Shown piece by piece: positions 49,501-63,500 of a stretch of DNA of 64,000 nucleotides. Under the pieces are notes generated by a model. That model saw only the letters and a program-made list of their open reading frames with translations. It was not told where the DNA came from and searched no databases. Every line of letters begins with the position of its first letter. Within the stretch, counting starts at the first letter, position 1. Source of the DNA: Lingula anatina (lineage: Eukaryota > Animalia > Brachiopoda); contig CM120642.1 of NCBI GenBank assembly GCA_051362555.1, forward strand, positions 31,248,001 to 31,312,000, given 5' to 3'. A program made the position numbers and the translations under genes.

Positions 49501-52500
49501 AGCTTATTTGGTTTTTCTAAGATGATTATATTTTCCCTGCTGTGTGCTGGTACATCATGTACATTGGCCACATTCAGAACAGTGGACTAACTAGTCCGAG
49601 GGTCAAATGTGGCCGTCCCACTTGAATACTTCCCAACGGGAGATCTATTCAGTGTCTATTAGGCCACATTCACAGCGAGTTGAGCCATGGCTCTACAAAG
49701 CCACTAACTAAAAATGACGGACGTACATGAAAGGAAAACCGCCTAATCTTTTAATAGTCTCTCCGCCTCTCACACGCCTCCCCATGTGTCGTCCCAATGG
49801 AGCCGAGATTTAATGACTACATACCCCTGCAGGGACGACGCATGGGGAGGTGTGTGAGAGGCGGAGAGACTATTAAAAGATTAGGCGGTTTCCTTTCATG
49901 TACGTCCGCCATATTTAGTTCGTGGCTTTGTAGAGCCATGGCTCAACTCGATGTGAATGCAGCCTTAGTGGATTAGACGGCAAGCTTTTCAGTGGGTCTC
50001 CATATTTGATCCTCGGACTAGTTAGTCTGCTGTTCTGAATGTACCCATTGTGATATACATGTATGTATGACTTACTTGGTTGTGTGAAAACACAGTGACA
50101 ATTTCGTGACAACCCATTAATGACATTGCATATGTACTGAAGATATTATGCAGGTGAGCGATGTCTCCATATAGTTCTGTTCTGTTGTATTTTAGCTATT
50201 TTTCGTCATAAGCATTTTTAAATTTCTAAGTTTCATTTTTGATTTGCTAAAATGGATTTACATGGTGTATTGGTGTAGCAAAAGGTTAAGAGGTACACAG
50301 TGAACATTAGACTTTTGTATTGCAAAATGTTTTATTAAAAATTGAGATTTTCCTGGAAATTTACACCATTCCTCTTTAAAGGTGATTAAAATCTCCAAGG
50401 TACACCATGTCCTAAAATGTTGTTGATATTTGTAACTATTATCATTAGTATACAGTGTTGTCAACTGCAAGCATTCACATTTTTATTGCTTGCGGCATGG
50501 CCAAGCAGGTCTATAAGTCCTTATTCTTCTTATTACTTCGAATTCTTTTTCTTCGTTTGACCTATGCTTGTTTATATATATTTCCTTTGTTATTTTTTTA
50601 ATTGATGTTGGGCTTTTGACACCAAAATAAGCAGCTAGATCTACCCCACATTTCTTGATTGGTATAATTTTGCCAGCATAGATTTTTATCTTATTTTGTA
50701 ATTGGTAAGAATGCATGAGTATACTTCAGACTGTGCCATACTTATTGTTGTAGTATTTGGTCCAATAGGTCTAGGTCTCAGGTCTCCTTTCTGAGGTTTT
50801 ATTGAAATAGTTTTATCACAACATACATTCTATCTGTATCAACATTATGTAGAAGAATAGGTTAGACCTCCCGAGGTTTTTCTTTTACCTGGCTTTTATT
50901 GAAAGTTGTCTGAAAGAGTCATTTCCACATATTGATCATGTCAGAGGCAGAGAAAAAGACCTCTACAATGATGGATATCCATGTCAAAGCATCACTGTGA
51001 ATGGACACTCCAGGAAACCCCATAGTGTAACAATAGTCTCTCAGAAACCATCTACTACAAGAACATAACACCACTGAGGAAGGCTAGCTGATCTAGGTAG
51101 GGAGTCTCTGGGAATTACGAGGAAATCTCAGCAGAGTATTTAACCAAAGGTGTCATTTTATCATGAGTTGTACCGTTAATGAAGAGAAAGTGTTTAGTTG
51201 AGTAGGCGTATTCCCCTTGGTTTAATTAACTTATTTTAGCGATGTTTTTTATCAGGGATATATGTTACAAGATAGCTGTGAGGGAACTACTTGTTTAATG
51301 CAAATGCATTAAGTATCAGTATCAATTAATAGTAAGAGATCATTGTAGTGACAGATTCTACGATCACTTCTTGAATGACTCACCAAGCATTAGAAGTAAT
51401 CGGAAATGAAAAATGCCCTGTAGCATCAGGAAAATTTGTGTAATGATATAGCCTTGTAGCATTTTTCCCAGAGTCTTTAATTCTGCTGCTCATTGCAATT
51501 GCGTGGTTCAGAATTCATGTCATTTTGCAAAGTAAGAGGTGTAATCTAATTCAACTGATTTTAATTGTACAATTTTGTTAGTACTGCATGCATACAGTTG
51601 ATGTAAGTGTAGATTATAAAGATGTGATATGCTGTAAAAACTGAAACAGTATTAATTTGGTGGACATATAAAAAACTTATTTTTATTGTTAAAAAATAAA
51701 ACTTTGAACTCACCTCTTTATATGGAAAATTGTATATTTTACAGTAATATGAACTACATTCTTACCCAGTTACTGGTGCAATGTATACAGCTTATGTACT
51801 ATAATTCTACAATAGACCCCAATCACCACTACAATTATTAGATAACAGTAGAAAATCACTGTGGTGCATTGTCCCCAATTAAGCTATTTCAGGTAAATTT
51901 GAAATGTAGCCTGAAGTATTGTGATAGAGGAAATTTTCCGGGTGTAAGATGAGTCACCATGGAGGGGGGATTTATATAATAAAAAAAAGGTCCTTTAATT
52001 AAAAAAAAAACATCTCAAGGTATGTTTGTATTTAATTGCGTGGAAGGATTGCCTCCCGGTGTTTCTCACTTGCTAAATGAAATGGCATACGTGACAAAAT
52101 TATATTTTTACTTTTCTGCGTGTTATATATGCTTATGAAATTTTAATAAAGATGACTATGACTTTTGAGCTGGACACAAGCTGTTGTCTGAGAACTATGG
52201 CTTTTCGAACTCAATGCTAACAATTGTTGGAGTCTCTTTGTTAATCAACAATTGTAAGTACCATAATGCCCTGAATTTCAGAGTATATATGGTGACTGTC
52301 CTTAACTAGCATATGTTTTCCATCTCCTTTTATAGTGGAGATGTTGACTCAGGAAAGGTGTTAAATACAGTATAAGAAAACAACTAGTGAATAGTACATA
52401 ATACTTAGTACCAAGGTAGATATCTGTGACATCAGAATTAGCACGTTTTCCAAGCTTCTTTTGTTGGAGGTGTTAAAAATAAGAGGAAGACTCATAAGAT

Positions 52501-53193
52501 ATTTCAGGGGCTACAGTCACTCTTATGTTCATTAATTGTAACAAATATGAAGTAGAGATCATTGTATCTATCTCATGATATTGCTATATATAGGGTATTC
52601 TTATATAGTTCATTGCAGTCATTACTGTTAATGGCTTGTTACGTAAATATTGATTTCTGTATACCTGTAATCAGAAATTGAAATTATATCACAGTATCAT
52701 TATTTTTGTATGTGTTGTAAAGTAGTCAGTCCTATATGTTGGAGTGGTTTGGTATTCATTAAAAAGGAAAATCCTTGCAAATAGTACAGAAAGAGAGAGG
52801 GAGAGAGTTAAAAGCCAGGTAGAGAGGGGAGGGGCAGGACAGAGAATGTACAACAGTTTCACTATATCACACACACACACACACACTCTCACACACACAC
52901 ACACACGGAGAGAGAGAGAGAATCAAGGTCTGTATTTATGGTTGTATTTGTCCACTGTGTGACACACACACATAGTGAGAGAGAGAGAGAATTAGTGACT
53001 AGATTCATGGTTACATTTGTCCACTATGTGAACTTTACTATACCATTGTAAACACTGTGTCCTATATTCCAGTATTAGTGTGCAGTGCTGAGGGAGGTCC
53101 TAGGAGATGTGGGGGACAGGGAGATCTCCTCTCAGGAACCATGGGGACATTCGTCCATTGGGCAAACTGGGCTGTTGACAGAAAAGTTGACAA
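38564..53193 (+). CDS. NAXD: ATP-dependent (S)-NAD(P)H-hydrate dehydratase; last exon(s) lie beyond the window
   Basis: Exons 38564-38621 (putative), 40418-40565 (second ATG at 40441), 40801-40846, 41342-41430, [41782-41908 or 42470-42578], 42921-42971, 43383-43487, 43733-43853, 53073-53193. Motifs [96 protein letters not shown]. Confidence 0.95.
38745..39391. mobile_element. Possible non-autonomous DNA transposon in NAXD intron 1
   Basis: Inverted ends gttgcagcctt / aagactgcaac and patchy internal inverted similarity (gctggta / taccagc). No TSD confirmed. Confidence 0.4.
41555..41707 (-). mobile_element. Degenerate family B MITE copy
   Basis: ccagcaattttaaaaagg..ttttctgaaaag..tggaccttt..gcctacaggtctg resembles 9715-9888. 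Confidence 0.55.
41782..41908 (+). CDS. NAXD: NAXD alternative exon A (duplicated GPGLG exon with a 6-aa insertion)
   Basis: ttattccag|T GAT GCC CCC..GTA AAG|gtatac, translating [42 protein letters not shown]. Confidence 0.75.
42470..42578 (+). CDS. NAXD: NAXD alternative exon B (canonical-length GPGLGR exon)
   Basis: ctgtcag|T GAC CAC CCC..GTT AAG|gttaga, translating [36 protein letters not shown]. Confidence 0.85.
43861..43989. repeat. 3 x about 45-bp tandem repeat just after a NAXD donor site
   Basis: ctgtatcttt..ttgctagttgcagcacc occurs three times. Confidence 0.85.
45106..45313. mobile_element. PIF/Harbinger-like MITE related to family C
   Basis: TIR ggccccattcagaaaagatgatcc / ggatcatctattctgaatgtggacc, preceded by TAA. 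Confidence 0.65.
48316..48811. repeat. 35-bp minisatellite, 14 near-identical units
   Basis: Unit cagacagggctaatgctgatacctgaatgtgtgtt, with no spacers between units. Confidence 0.97.
49566..50046. mobile_element. Family C MITE (reversed relative to 14826-15000) interrupted by a second MITE
   Basis: 49566-49661 and 49965-50046 together align with the reverse complement of 14826-15000. ATT flanks both ends. Confidence 0.85.
49662..49964. mobile_element. Nested PIF/Harbinger-like MITE with about 134-bp near-perfect inverted arms
   Basis: TTA target-site duplication (49659-49661, 49965-49967); arms ggccacattcacagcgagttgagccatggctctacaaagcc.. / ..ggctttgtagagccatggctcaactcgatgtgaatgcagcc. Confidence 0.9.
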
Positions 53194-56100
53194 GTAAGTA
53201 CCTTGGCTTGCAGACTGCTGTACAGGGTGTCCTTAAAGGCTGGACCAAAATGAGCTAAATACTTGATTTCAATTTAATAAAAATGAAACCGCAATTTATC
53301 TGATTGAAGTGCTATTCAGGAGCACATTTCAGTAGATTATCAGTTTTTGATGCACAAAAAAATATAGCAGTATAAAACAAATTATAACAGGTGATGTTTC
53401 TTATTTGCTTATTTGTTTATACTTTGTAACACACAGTAGAATCTGACTAAATTAAAAAAACATGAGAAGTGAGTGTGTTGGCCCCTGCATGTATTGACGT
53501 GGATTGTGTTTGCTGTGACAGTGATTGTGTTGGGTTGTGCCTCAGTGTGATAACACTGTTATGTCAAGTACTCCAGCTAATTAACTTGGTATGTATGCGT
53601 AGTCATGTCTCTACATCAAAATTTGTTAATACATGAAATTCTAGCATAAATGTGAATAGCTGACACTCCAAGTATTGTCATTAAGGCATAGAGCATGTCA
53701 TGGCATATGAATATTCCATGTGCAGCATTTGCTGTGGACATTTTGCTTCAACTTTTTTTGATGAGAACATTTTTGATGTTGGTGAGTACAATGTAAATGA
53801 AGAGTTAGTTGAAGACAATAAAACACTTTCTTGTCATATATCAAATTTAGAATAAAGTTAAAATGAAGCCAAGAAACATTTTCTGGGAAAAAGGCAAATC
53901 AATGAAAAAATTATTTTATTGTTTTGTAAATTAATTTAATATATTTGTATTGAATCTTGTTAAAATGTTTTATAAAATGAACTTTAAAAATAGTATGTAA
54001 TGCCCTAACTCTACTGTGTCAAGGAAATTACACTGATGTCATCACTTACATCAGAGACTGTCTTCATTAATAGTTAAAAATTTTACAGTAAAAATGACTG
54101 TACGACTTAAGTCATCTGTTTCAAAATGTCTCATAATTTTAATATTTTTGAACACATCAGTGGCTTATCTGCATACAGACTTGAAAGAAATTCTCTCTTG
54201 CCGTCAGTAAAATGAATATTATCTTGCCCGTCCAGACTGACTGATAGCCCCTGGTATTTGGCCAGAAGGGTATTAGCAGGTGCCCCTGATAAGCAAATGG
54301 AGCCATTGTCCCCCTCACAATCCTCATTAGTTATTTTTATTGTCACTAATGATAACTAATTAGTAGCCGGGATGACATGGCCAGTTAAGCGACCATGGTT
54401 GACAAGGAAAGTCTTGATATCCACCCGACAGGATGACGTCCCCAGCGGTCAGCTTGGATGCAGAGGTGGTCAGTGTGTCATTCTCCACCTGCCTGTGTCC
54501 ACTGCTGGTCAGCTTTGAAATATTTTAATGGATATTGAATGGGCATTGGATGGTCAGTTTTCGTGTTTCGTCATAGATGGTGAAACTCCCCTGATGAGAT
54601 TACCTTTCCGTGTCCCTGACTTTGTTTTCGTTAAAAAATCTAGGTCTCAGATAATTGATGGGTGCGTCACCGCAACCGCTACGCACGGCTTTAACGGATT
54701 GAATCATTGCCCTTTTCATTTATGACTGTAATCAGTGTTTGTTTTCGTTAAAATCTCACCTAATGAAGATAGTTATTATCTCTGCATTTATTTATATGTA
54801 TGTTAGGGAAGTTGACTTTTTATGTAATTTTCTTTTTGAACAATGAAATGTTGGTGAACATGACATTTGAATACTTTAGTGATTTGACATTTGTGCTGGT
54901 GATTTTTAGATTTTGAGAAAGTAGAGTAAAACTTTTCCAATGATTTAAAGAAAGAAAACAGATGACATGCTTTTGTATGCAGATCTCACACAGATGTTCA
55001 GGTAGAAAATATTTTCTTGTATTTTTCAAGTTTAACTCAGTTCACCCATCAAATTATCAGGATCTTCATTTCTTATATTTTGCCTTTGATTGAATATTTT
55101 GTACCAAAGTTTATGTAAAGTGGTCTAAATATGTAGATTCACAGGGAGACTTTTAACCATTGCAAATTTGCCTCTTTTTATAATCAAAGAATGTACAGAT
55201 CCAGTCAGTAAATAAAGTCACATAGTAAAAAAGGGATTTCTTCAAACTTTTTCAAGGGGCTTTGTAAAAAAAAAGCAGATCAGTTAATTTTTATCTGAGC
55301 CCATCCATGCACAAGCATTGCTCTGGAAAAATAGCAAATACATGTGCAATCATCGTTTCATTAACAAAATTAAAATTACTACTACTTAAAGTGCCCCTCA
55401 AGTTGTAACTTCAAACACCTGCACTTGGAGAGATTCAATTAACTTGTAGACCTCGGTGTTGAAAAGTAATGAAAATATTATGAGATACTGCTGGGGCACC
55501 ACTTTTGTAGGGCATCAGCCATCCCCAAGGTTGACTAGTAATGATAAAATAATTTGAGTCATCTCAGGAGGGGGGTTTAATAATGAAAATCCTTTTAAGC
55601 TATTGTGAAGGAGACATGGTTTTAAAAGAGGCTGAAAAAAAGGAGCATGTTGTTTTTAACGGGATTGTAAAGTTAACAAAAAGTAGCCCATCAAAATGCT
55701 GGTAGAAAGGGATGAATTTAATAAGATTAATATAAGGACAGGTGTTTTCTGCTGAATGCAAGATGTTGTATTGATTGGATTAAATAAAAAAAGTGGATGC
55801 ATTTATATGTATATCATGGAAGATCAGGTTTTTAAAAAACTAGAATGAGAGGAAGATGCCTGGAACATTACAATATAGTTTTAAAGATAAACAAAAGTTC
55901 ATTTCTGTCATGGATTTATTTTTATGGAAAGCTTCATTTTTGTGGTAAGTTTTTGTATCAACAAAACAGAAACAAATAATACAAGAAACAGTTTCCAGTG
56001 TATTCCAGAAGTACTGAGTAATGATTATTGTATTAGTGAGTTTAATGTGACCATTGAAGTGCACATTAGCATACAATGGTCAGGATTTTTTCCATTGTTT

Positions 56101-56386
56101 GGCCACTGATAGCCACAAGGCATATGGAAAGTGAAATCACCCCAAACCTCATGTATTGTATTGTTAAAAACATCTGTATGTCAACTAAGTTAATTATTTC
56201 CACCTGCTTTTTGCCTTGGGATTATAATGGAGTAAAAAAGGCATAATTTGTTGTGGGCAGCTGAAATAAAGAAACACACTGAAGGAAATATCGTGATTAT
56301 TATGTAATTGATTATGAAGGGGATTTTTTTCGTAAATTTAATTACTAATTTGCATATTGAATAAACTTTTTTCCAGTATATATATA

Positions 56387-56559
56387 CTGGGGTAGCGCTA
56401 ACACTCGCCAATTTAGCCAAATGCTAAAACTGACGTAAATTGGCTAAAGAAAAGGGGCTTGATTTGACATGTTTTAGCCAAATTTTAACCATTTTGATAA
56501 CAAATTGACAAAAATGTGGTGATTTGGCTAAGCGAAAAAAATTGCTAGAGCTACCCCAG
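56387..56559. mobile_element. MITE inserted in an (AT)n tract
   Basis: TIR ctggggtagcgcta / tagagctaccccag, internal ttagccaa/ttggctaa subterminal repeats, ATATA on both sides. Confidence 0.8.
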
Positions 56560-59361
56560 ATATATATTATATAGATGTCTTCTTACTAGTGAAAATGAAG
56601 TTTTTGTTGTGGAAGGTGCAATTTTTCTTTCTTATTTTGCCAAAAATGTAAAGACATTCTCTCCAAGGTATTACAAGATGCGAGTCCCCCGGTTTTTCAT
56701 CTGGGGTTTTTTTTTAAAGCCATCAGTCAAAGGGAAATGTTCTTCCATTGTGGCTCTGACAGCAGAGTAGCTTCACACGTCAAGGTTCAGTCCCTGCTAT
56801 GTGATATAGCTTCTGGTGATCACTTGATGGAGTAAGTGGTAGAAATGTGCTGTTTTGACCACCTGTTCTCTCTACCTCTGGCTTTGCCATGGAGAATTCA
56901 TTTTTTTACCTTTCAGCATATTTCCAGTTATTAGAAAGTGTTTCAGCTGTAATATAGCTGGAGCATTGGACTGTTTTGAGTTACAGTATGGATTGTCTGC
57001 TAAAAGATGTAGGCTGGCTTTTAATGTTAATTTCAGCAGGTTTCTTGGCAAAAGAGAAAAACTTTCTTATGGAGTATTACAGAACCTACTCTAGTCATAT
57101 GTTGGGCTTTGAAAGTTGACTTTCTTTTTAGATTTGGTGAATGTTAAAAAACCCTTTGAAAAGTGTTTCAGTATATCAGAATACTAACATTGACATTAGC
57201 AAGCATCCTTAAAGAATTGTTCAAATTAAAAAAAATGATAATTTTATACTCACTGAATAAAGTAATTTAAGTGCTTTTTAATCAATTTCAATTACCTTTC
57301 ATCGGTTACGATGCATTTTACTATAATAGGATTTGGTCCTAGTGGAATATGGTGGATTTTCAGTGGATGATAGTAGAAAAGGATATTGGTGAGAGGCCCA
57401 CCCCCTTTTTATGGATCACACGCAAACACCTCACCTAATGGGTGTCAGATATCACTATATAACTCCCCTTCTCCAAACTGAAAATGATGACTGTTACCTT
57501 TACTTGGCTCTTTCACAGCTGCCATACTTTAACCTCCCCCACCCCTCCACACACACACACACACACACACACATACATGCACACACACACACACACACTA
57601 ACATCTCCTGGCTTAAGAATCTTTATTAAAAGGTGACTATTAGGCAAACTTGAGGTACATTGGATTTATATGACATTTTTATATATTATTTCATGTTACT
57701 CTTTAGCTGAGGGAATAGAATTGTTTTATTTGTTGATATTTTACTGTACCAAGAAAGTAACATATAGATGTTGGAGTAATTTCAATTTTTTTTCTTGATT
57801 GATTAACATGTCTTCTTATTATGGATGTGCTGTTGTCTGTTATTTTTTACTTCACAAGATTGATGTAAGTGCCATGTCCTTTATTATGACAGAGGCAGAT
57901 GACCGCATCAGTGACTGCACCACTGAAAATAGAGAAGTGCACTCGGGCAGCCATAATTAGGACAAAATTTGTCTTTTTTCAAACCTTTGTTGGCAGGGAT
58001 TGGATGCCTGTTGTGGACTTGTTTGCTGGGAATAAAACATCTCACTGGGAGATACAAAATTATGTTTTTGTCATGTATCAGATTTCTTGTAAACTGATAG
58101 CCTGGTGAGGTTTTTTTCCAGCAGGGAAAAGTTTTTAGTATAACTTGATTACTGTTTTTAGTACTTATGAGTATAATATGTCTTTCTTTTTATTTTAATT
58201 TTTGAACTTGATCTAGAATATTTAACCATAGTGTTTTAAATAACATCAACTTCGTTTTTTTTAATACCATTGTTTGTTTTGTTACGTTATGTTATTTATT
58301 TGTTTATTTATTTATTTATTTTGTTTAAATTTTGTACTTGTGTGAATGCATTCAAACTCCCATAAATAATTAAACTGAGCGCTATCCATGTCTGTCATTT
58401 AAGGATATTCTCCATTTTTGTATTATTTCTACCATTACTTTCTCAATTTTCAAAGAGAATTATCCAGCTGATATGTATTCTTTAAGAAATACCCATATAA
58501 GGCCTTAGTTAAAAAGTCCTCATCGTCTTGAATCTTCATGAAAATAAACAACTTAATAAAATATAACCTTCATTTTGATAAAACTTAAATCTTCAGTAGA
58601 TTTGCCGACATTAAGATTATAATCTCCTGGGGACTAAACAGATTAGGTTGTTTTTATTCAATGTCACAGTGATTAATTTGGTAGCATTTAGAGTCAAATG
58701 AAGACCTCATGGGTTGTCCTGTGACAGGTTGTATTGGCCCTTTGTTGCGAGTTGCTTGAATGTGAAATGGGCAGATAATCTGGTAAGAAAGTCAACCGAT
58801 TTCTAGGTCATTTTTATCTATGTTGGGAACCTAGCAAAGACTTGTGCAGCTTTTTTAAGTTGCTCCAATTTATTCTGAGAGTGTTGGTTTTATGTATAAA
58901 TATTTATTATATAGTTTAGATATAAAATATATTAGTATAGTCATTTGAACCATGATGCAGAATTTATATTGATTAACATGGATATATAAACAAGTGTGTT
59001 ATACAAGTATTTTCCATATTTTAACATTCAAGTTTTAAGGTTATATGGACACATGCAGTATTTGTGAGGTTTTCTGCACATTTCAATTTTATTAGTTTTT
59101 TGACAATAGGGTAATAACTATGAAAATACCAAAGAGAAAAAAACACGAAAAGGGTGTGATTTGATAAGGAAAATGAAGAAATATTATATTTGCCTTCAGA
59201 AATCTAGTTCAGAATGAAAATATTTTGCGACAGATTATGATCTGTCTGGAAATTAGCTTTCATGAAAGGTTTGATAAATGATGTACATTTCTATAGCATT
59301 ACTCAATGGCAGTATCAAAACTTTCCTTTATGCATGTTAAGTTTGACAGGCGTCCACATTT

Positions 59362-59375
59362 GTTGCCATGGTAAC
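59362..59375. promoter_or_regulatory. RFX X-box consensus site
   Basis: GTTGCCATGGTAAC matches GTTNCCATGGNAAC; further half-sites nearby (TAGCAAC at 59411-59417, GTTGCCATGG at 59948-59957). Function not shown. Confidence 0.45.
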
Positions 59376-60503
59376 TGATTATATCGCAACCAAGAGGCTA
59401 GGGGTATGGTTAGCAACAGGTATATTGTCCCCCAAACGAGAACTGTTCAATCTTTGTGTCAACTTCCTCTGGGCACCATTTTTCACTCGGAACAATTTTC
59501 ATTTGCAATAAATTTTTATTTCTTGTCAAGATTATTATGCCATGGCGACATTCAGAACTGACCTCTAGGAATCTGTATATACCATTTTTGTCTAACCCAG
59601 ATATGTGACATGAGCTTTTGTATGCAGACACACGTGATCCTGTGTCATTGTTTTTTTTATCAATTCCTAATTTTTTGAGAATAGTGTATGAATAATCCAA
59701 CCTTCCAAAATATTGCTGCCAAGAAATCTTATAGATCAAAATTATAAAAATACTGTACTAACATCTGCTAAATGTAACATTTTCAGCAAAGAAATCTTCT
59801 GAATCTCTCTTATGCTTCGGATTATTTAAACCATGACCTTTCAAATGTAATTGATTAGAAAAAATGTCATATCGATGTTGAAAGAAATTACTAACTCTTT
59901 ATAAGAGCCACAATCCCATCAGTGTTTATTCTGTTTATTTCTGGATTGTTGCCATGGATTTTAGAGCAAGGTTTTCTGTCATCAGAAGAAAAATATTATA
60001 GAGAGTAAAGTAAAATCAGGACCTTCACTTTCTCCCTTTGTGTTATTGTTGTTTACAACGGGGCACAGGTATTCCTCAATATACATCACAGTATAATAGC
60101 AGCTTAGGTGACACGCAAGCGTACTGGTCACTATTGGTCACTATTTGGCACACTAATTGCCCTAACTGCTCCATTGCCCACTCACTGCCCCCTGTCCACT
60201 GCCTATACCCACCTATCCTGTCACTGGACATTCATAGTTGAGCCATCATCTTGTGTGATATGGTTACTGGGGTTTTTCTGGACATTCACTACTTGACTCG
60301 GATCACTGACGATACACATTTCATAGGTGCTCTTCTTCCTTGGTGTTCTAGGACTTTGATGTATGTATATGTGGACATGGGTGAGGTATTGTTATTTTGA
60401 TTTATGGTATTTGTTTTGTTTATATATGCTGTTTTTGTCTTTGATTTTAATGAGATTGTATGGTACCTTGGCTCTGTTACTCTGACCTGTATGCCTTTCT
60501 TTT

Positions 60504-60542
<39 letters not shown>

Positions 60543-63500
60543 TTTCAATGATTTGAAATGATGGGAGAATTTGATTATTCAAAGCTGACACTATAAATGT
60601 CTCATTGTTAAACACGTATGATTTTTAAAAAGTATATAATAATTATTCATCTATTTTATCTGGATGCAGTTTTCATCTAAAATCTGTATCATAAAATAAG
60701 AAGTCAATTAAATGAGAAAAAAAGTATTTCTGGCTTTATTTTAAAGATGATGTTATATAGGTAGAATGTTTGACACCTCTACTGACAAAGAACAAAAAAT
60801 TATCGTGAAAGATATTTTTGTTAAAACATTACTTACTCAGTATATGATTTTTGACATGTGAAAAAAATCAAAAAAGTTATTTTTCTTTATTTTATTCATG
60901 GCATTATTGTTAATGCACATATATTAATAGCTTTAAAAATATTTTGCAAAATAAAGTGGAAAATTAGGAAAGTATTATGATTGTGAATATTACTTTTATT
61001 ATACAGTAAAAAAATATGTAGATTTCTCCCCCTGCATTTTTTCAGTTATTTTTTCATATTCACAGATTCATTTTTGCCTGCTAATAAACATGCCCCTACA
61101 ATCTGTTTTTATTCCCAAGTAAGTTGTTATAAAGATTTGATTATGAGCATAATTTCCAGACATTTCGGAGTCAGAATTGTGACAAAATTATCACTGAACT
61201 TTCCTTGGCACTTTCCATAGTGTCATAATTGGGAAGAAAACAACATAATCATATTTGTAATGGAATAAAAGGGATTTAGAGCAGCCCCCTGGAAAATCTA
61301 TTCTGACATAAATGTAGATATCTGGGGAGAGTGCGTGATTTTTAAAATGTTATCCCTATGGTACAAGTCAGACAATGTTATGTGGATGGATGGTTTTGGA
61401 CAATTTATTAGAATAGTGGTAAAGCTTCTGTTTCATTGAAAGCTGACCATATAGATTTTTATAATTGAGAAAATGAAGTTAGTGCACCTGTAATATTTAA
61501 CAAAATTGTTTAATTAGCTTTAAGATAAACTGGAGTGTGTAATTGCATGTGTATTGTTAAAGTATATTCATGTGAAGCTTTGAAATTATATTGATAAAAA
61601 GAGAATACGAGAGGATATGACTTCCTTTAATGATTAGCAGAATTTGTCACTTGTATATGGATGACTACTGGAATGTGTTCCAGCTTCTTGAGATCAAAAA
61701 GAAAAAGAAAATCAGCACAAAAAGAAAGAAAATCGGCATACTTTAGGATGATGTAGAGATATCTGTAATAAATGCAAGATAATTCATTTTGAATGTTCTT
61801 AATAATTTTAATTATTTATTTATGTATGTATGCATCCATATATATTTTGGTTGTGTGTGTGTTTGTTTTATGTATGGATTCATGTGTGTTCTATGAAGAT
61901 CTTTAAGTACATTTTAGGCTTGTCACAATAGTTTTTATTAAAAATCAGAGATGTTAGATTCTTAGACTTGGTAGGAAGTAATAACTTCCCTATATAATTA
62001 TTAGAATATGTCAGTGGATAATGTGTACATACCAGTGACTACACAGAATGCATTACGGACAAACTCATTCCTCATGATGTCACGAAGACAGGGAACGTCT
62101 GCATATTTTACGATGACGGCAAGATATCCATAATAAATACGGGATAATTCATTTTGAATGTTCTTAATAGTTTCTTGGGAGTCTGATATAGTAGTGTAGG
62201 TGGTCAGTGTCCATGCTCTATCTCTTTGATCTAAACAGTGTCTCTCTGTGATTCACAGCACACAGAATCTTCTGCTACTGGCCATTCAGGTACCATTTAC
62301 ACACATCCGGTCCTGTTTTGTAGCAAACCTGATCCAGTGTGCACACTTCATTAAGGAAATGTTAATTGTCCACAGCATGTTGTAAAGCAACCGACTGATT
62401 GAAGTCAACGTTTGAAGCCCAGATTTAGTATACCAAGGATACTTCTATGGTGACTGCATAAAGTTTTGTATGTACATGTAATACTAACCACCTTGTCATA
62501 CATGAGTTGACCACAGTGAACTAAAGGGGTAAATTTTGACAGATCTTTTTGTCCTTATGAAAGATGATACAATAACTTGCCTGAAAGATTTTTGCTATAG
62601 AATTTTACTATTTTATGGAATTATTTTCTTTGTTACTTGGTCAGCGTGGATGGAAGTGTCCATCCCTTACATGTGTCCTGAAAGGGACCATGTGAATGAG
62701 TCCAGAGAAACTATGGTCAGTCAGAGGTGTGAGTGGGATGACCATCTTATCTGAACATTTTATGTTCTGTGGTCCATTCATTAATCTTGTAGTTGTAATA
62801 AAACTGTCTTCTTTAATTGAATTCTTATCACTAGTATACATCTCTTTTATTATAATTGTTGCAGTTAGACAGCCTTAAGATGTCCTGAAGGTCTAAAATT
62901 TCAAATCGTTTCATTAGTCACATAGACATTTTTATAGTTATTTTTACAAATACTAATAATAAATATTAATAATTTGATGGAACAATGATTCAGAACAAAT
63001 ATTATTTTTTTCTTATTGAACCTTAAACCTTTGTTGTCCCTGCTTTTTGCAGCAATTTAATCTACAATATAAACTGTATCTGAAATGGACACTATATTCC
63101 TCACTATATTCCTCAATAAATTATAATGTGAATATAATAAATATGTCCAGTTTGGACCACCCACTCAGAGTGACCACCCTGCTGCTGACCACAGTGACAT
63201 GATTTTAGAGATCCCCTGCATTGGTCAGTGTGATAGTCCACTGTCACGGTCAGTGAGATACTATGATAGCTGACATTAGTAGATGTGTAGTAAGATAACA
63301 CTCACTAGGTGGCCACCGGGCAAGGACAGGGTCAGTGCCTAGCTGGACTTTGACATTATGGATTTTGTCAGGAATTTGACAGGTAGTAAGCAAGGTTTTT
63401 ATGTCTGTTTAAGTGGTGTTATGTAAGTGCTGACTGGCTTGATGAGGTACTAGATGATGTTTTTATTTTGAGGATTTTGTGTGTTCATGCTTGTTCATGT

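Noticed and set aside
61742-62169. About 63-bp diverged direct repeat (61742-61804 and 62107-62169) as LTRs
   Set aside because: Too short, with no TG..CA ends or internal coding sequence; likely an old local duplication.
63151-63273. Possible last NAXD exon (HSDMILEI resembles the TSDMI motif)
   Set aside because: Wrong phase for the 53193 donor, and the expected upstream AA..AC..R..AF..GRS motif is missing.
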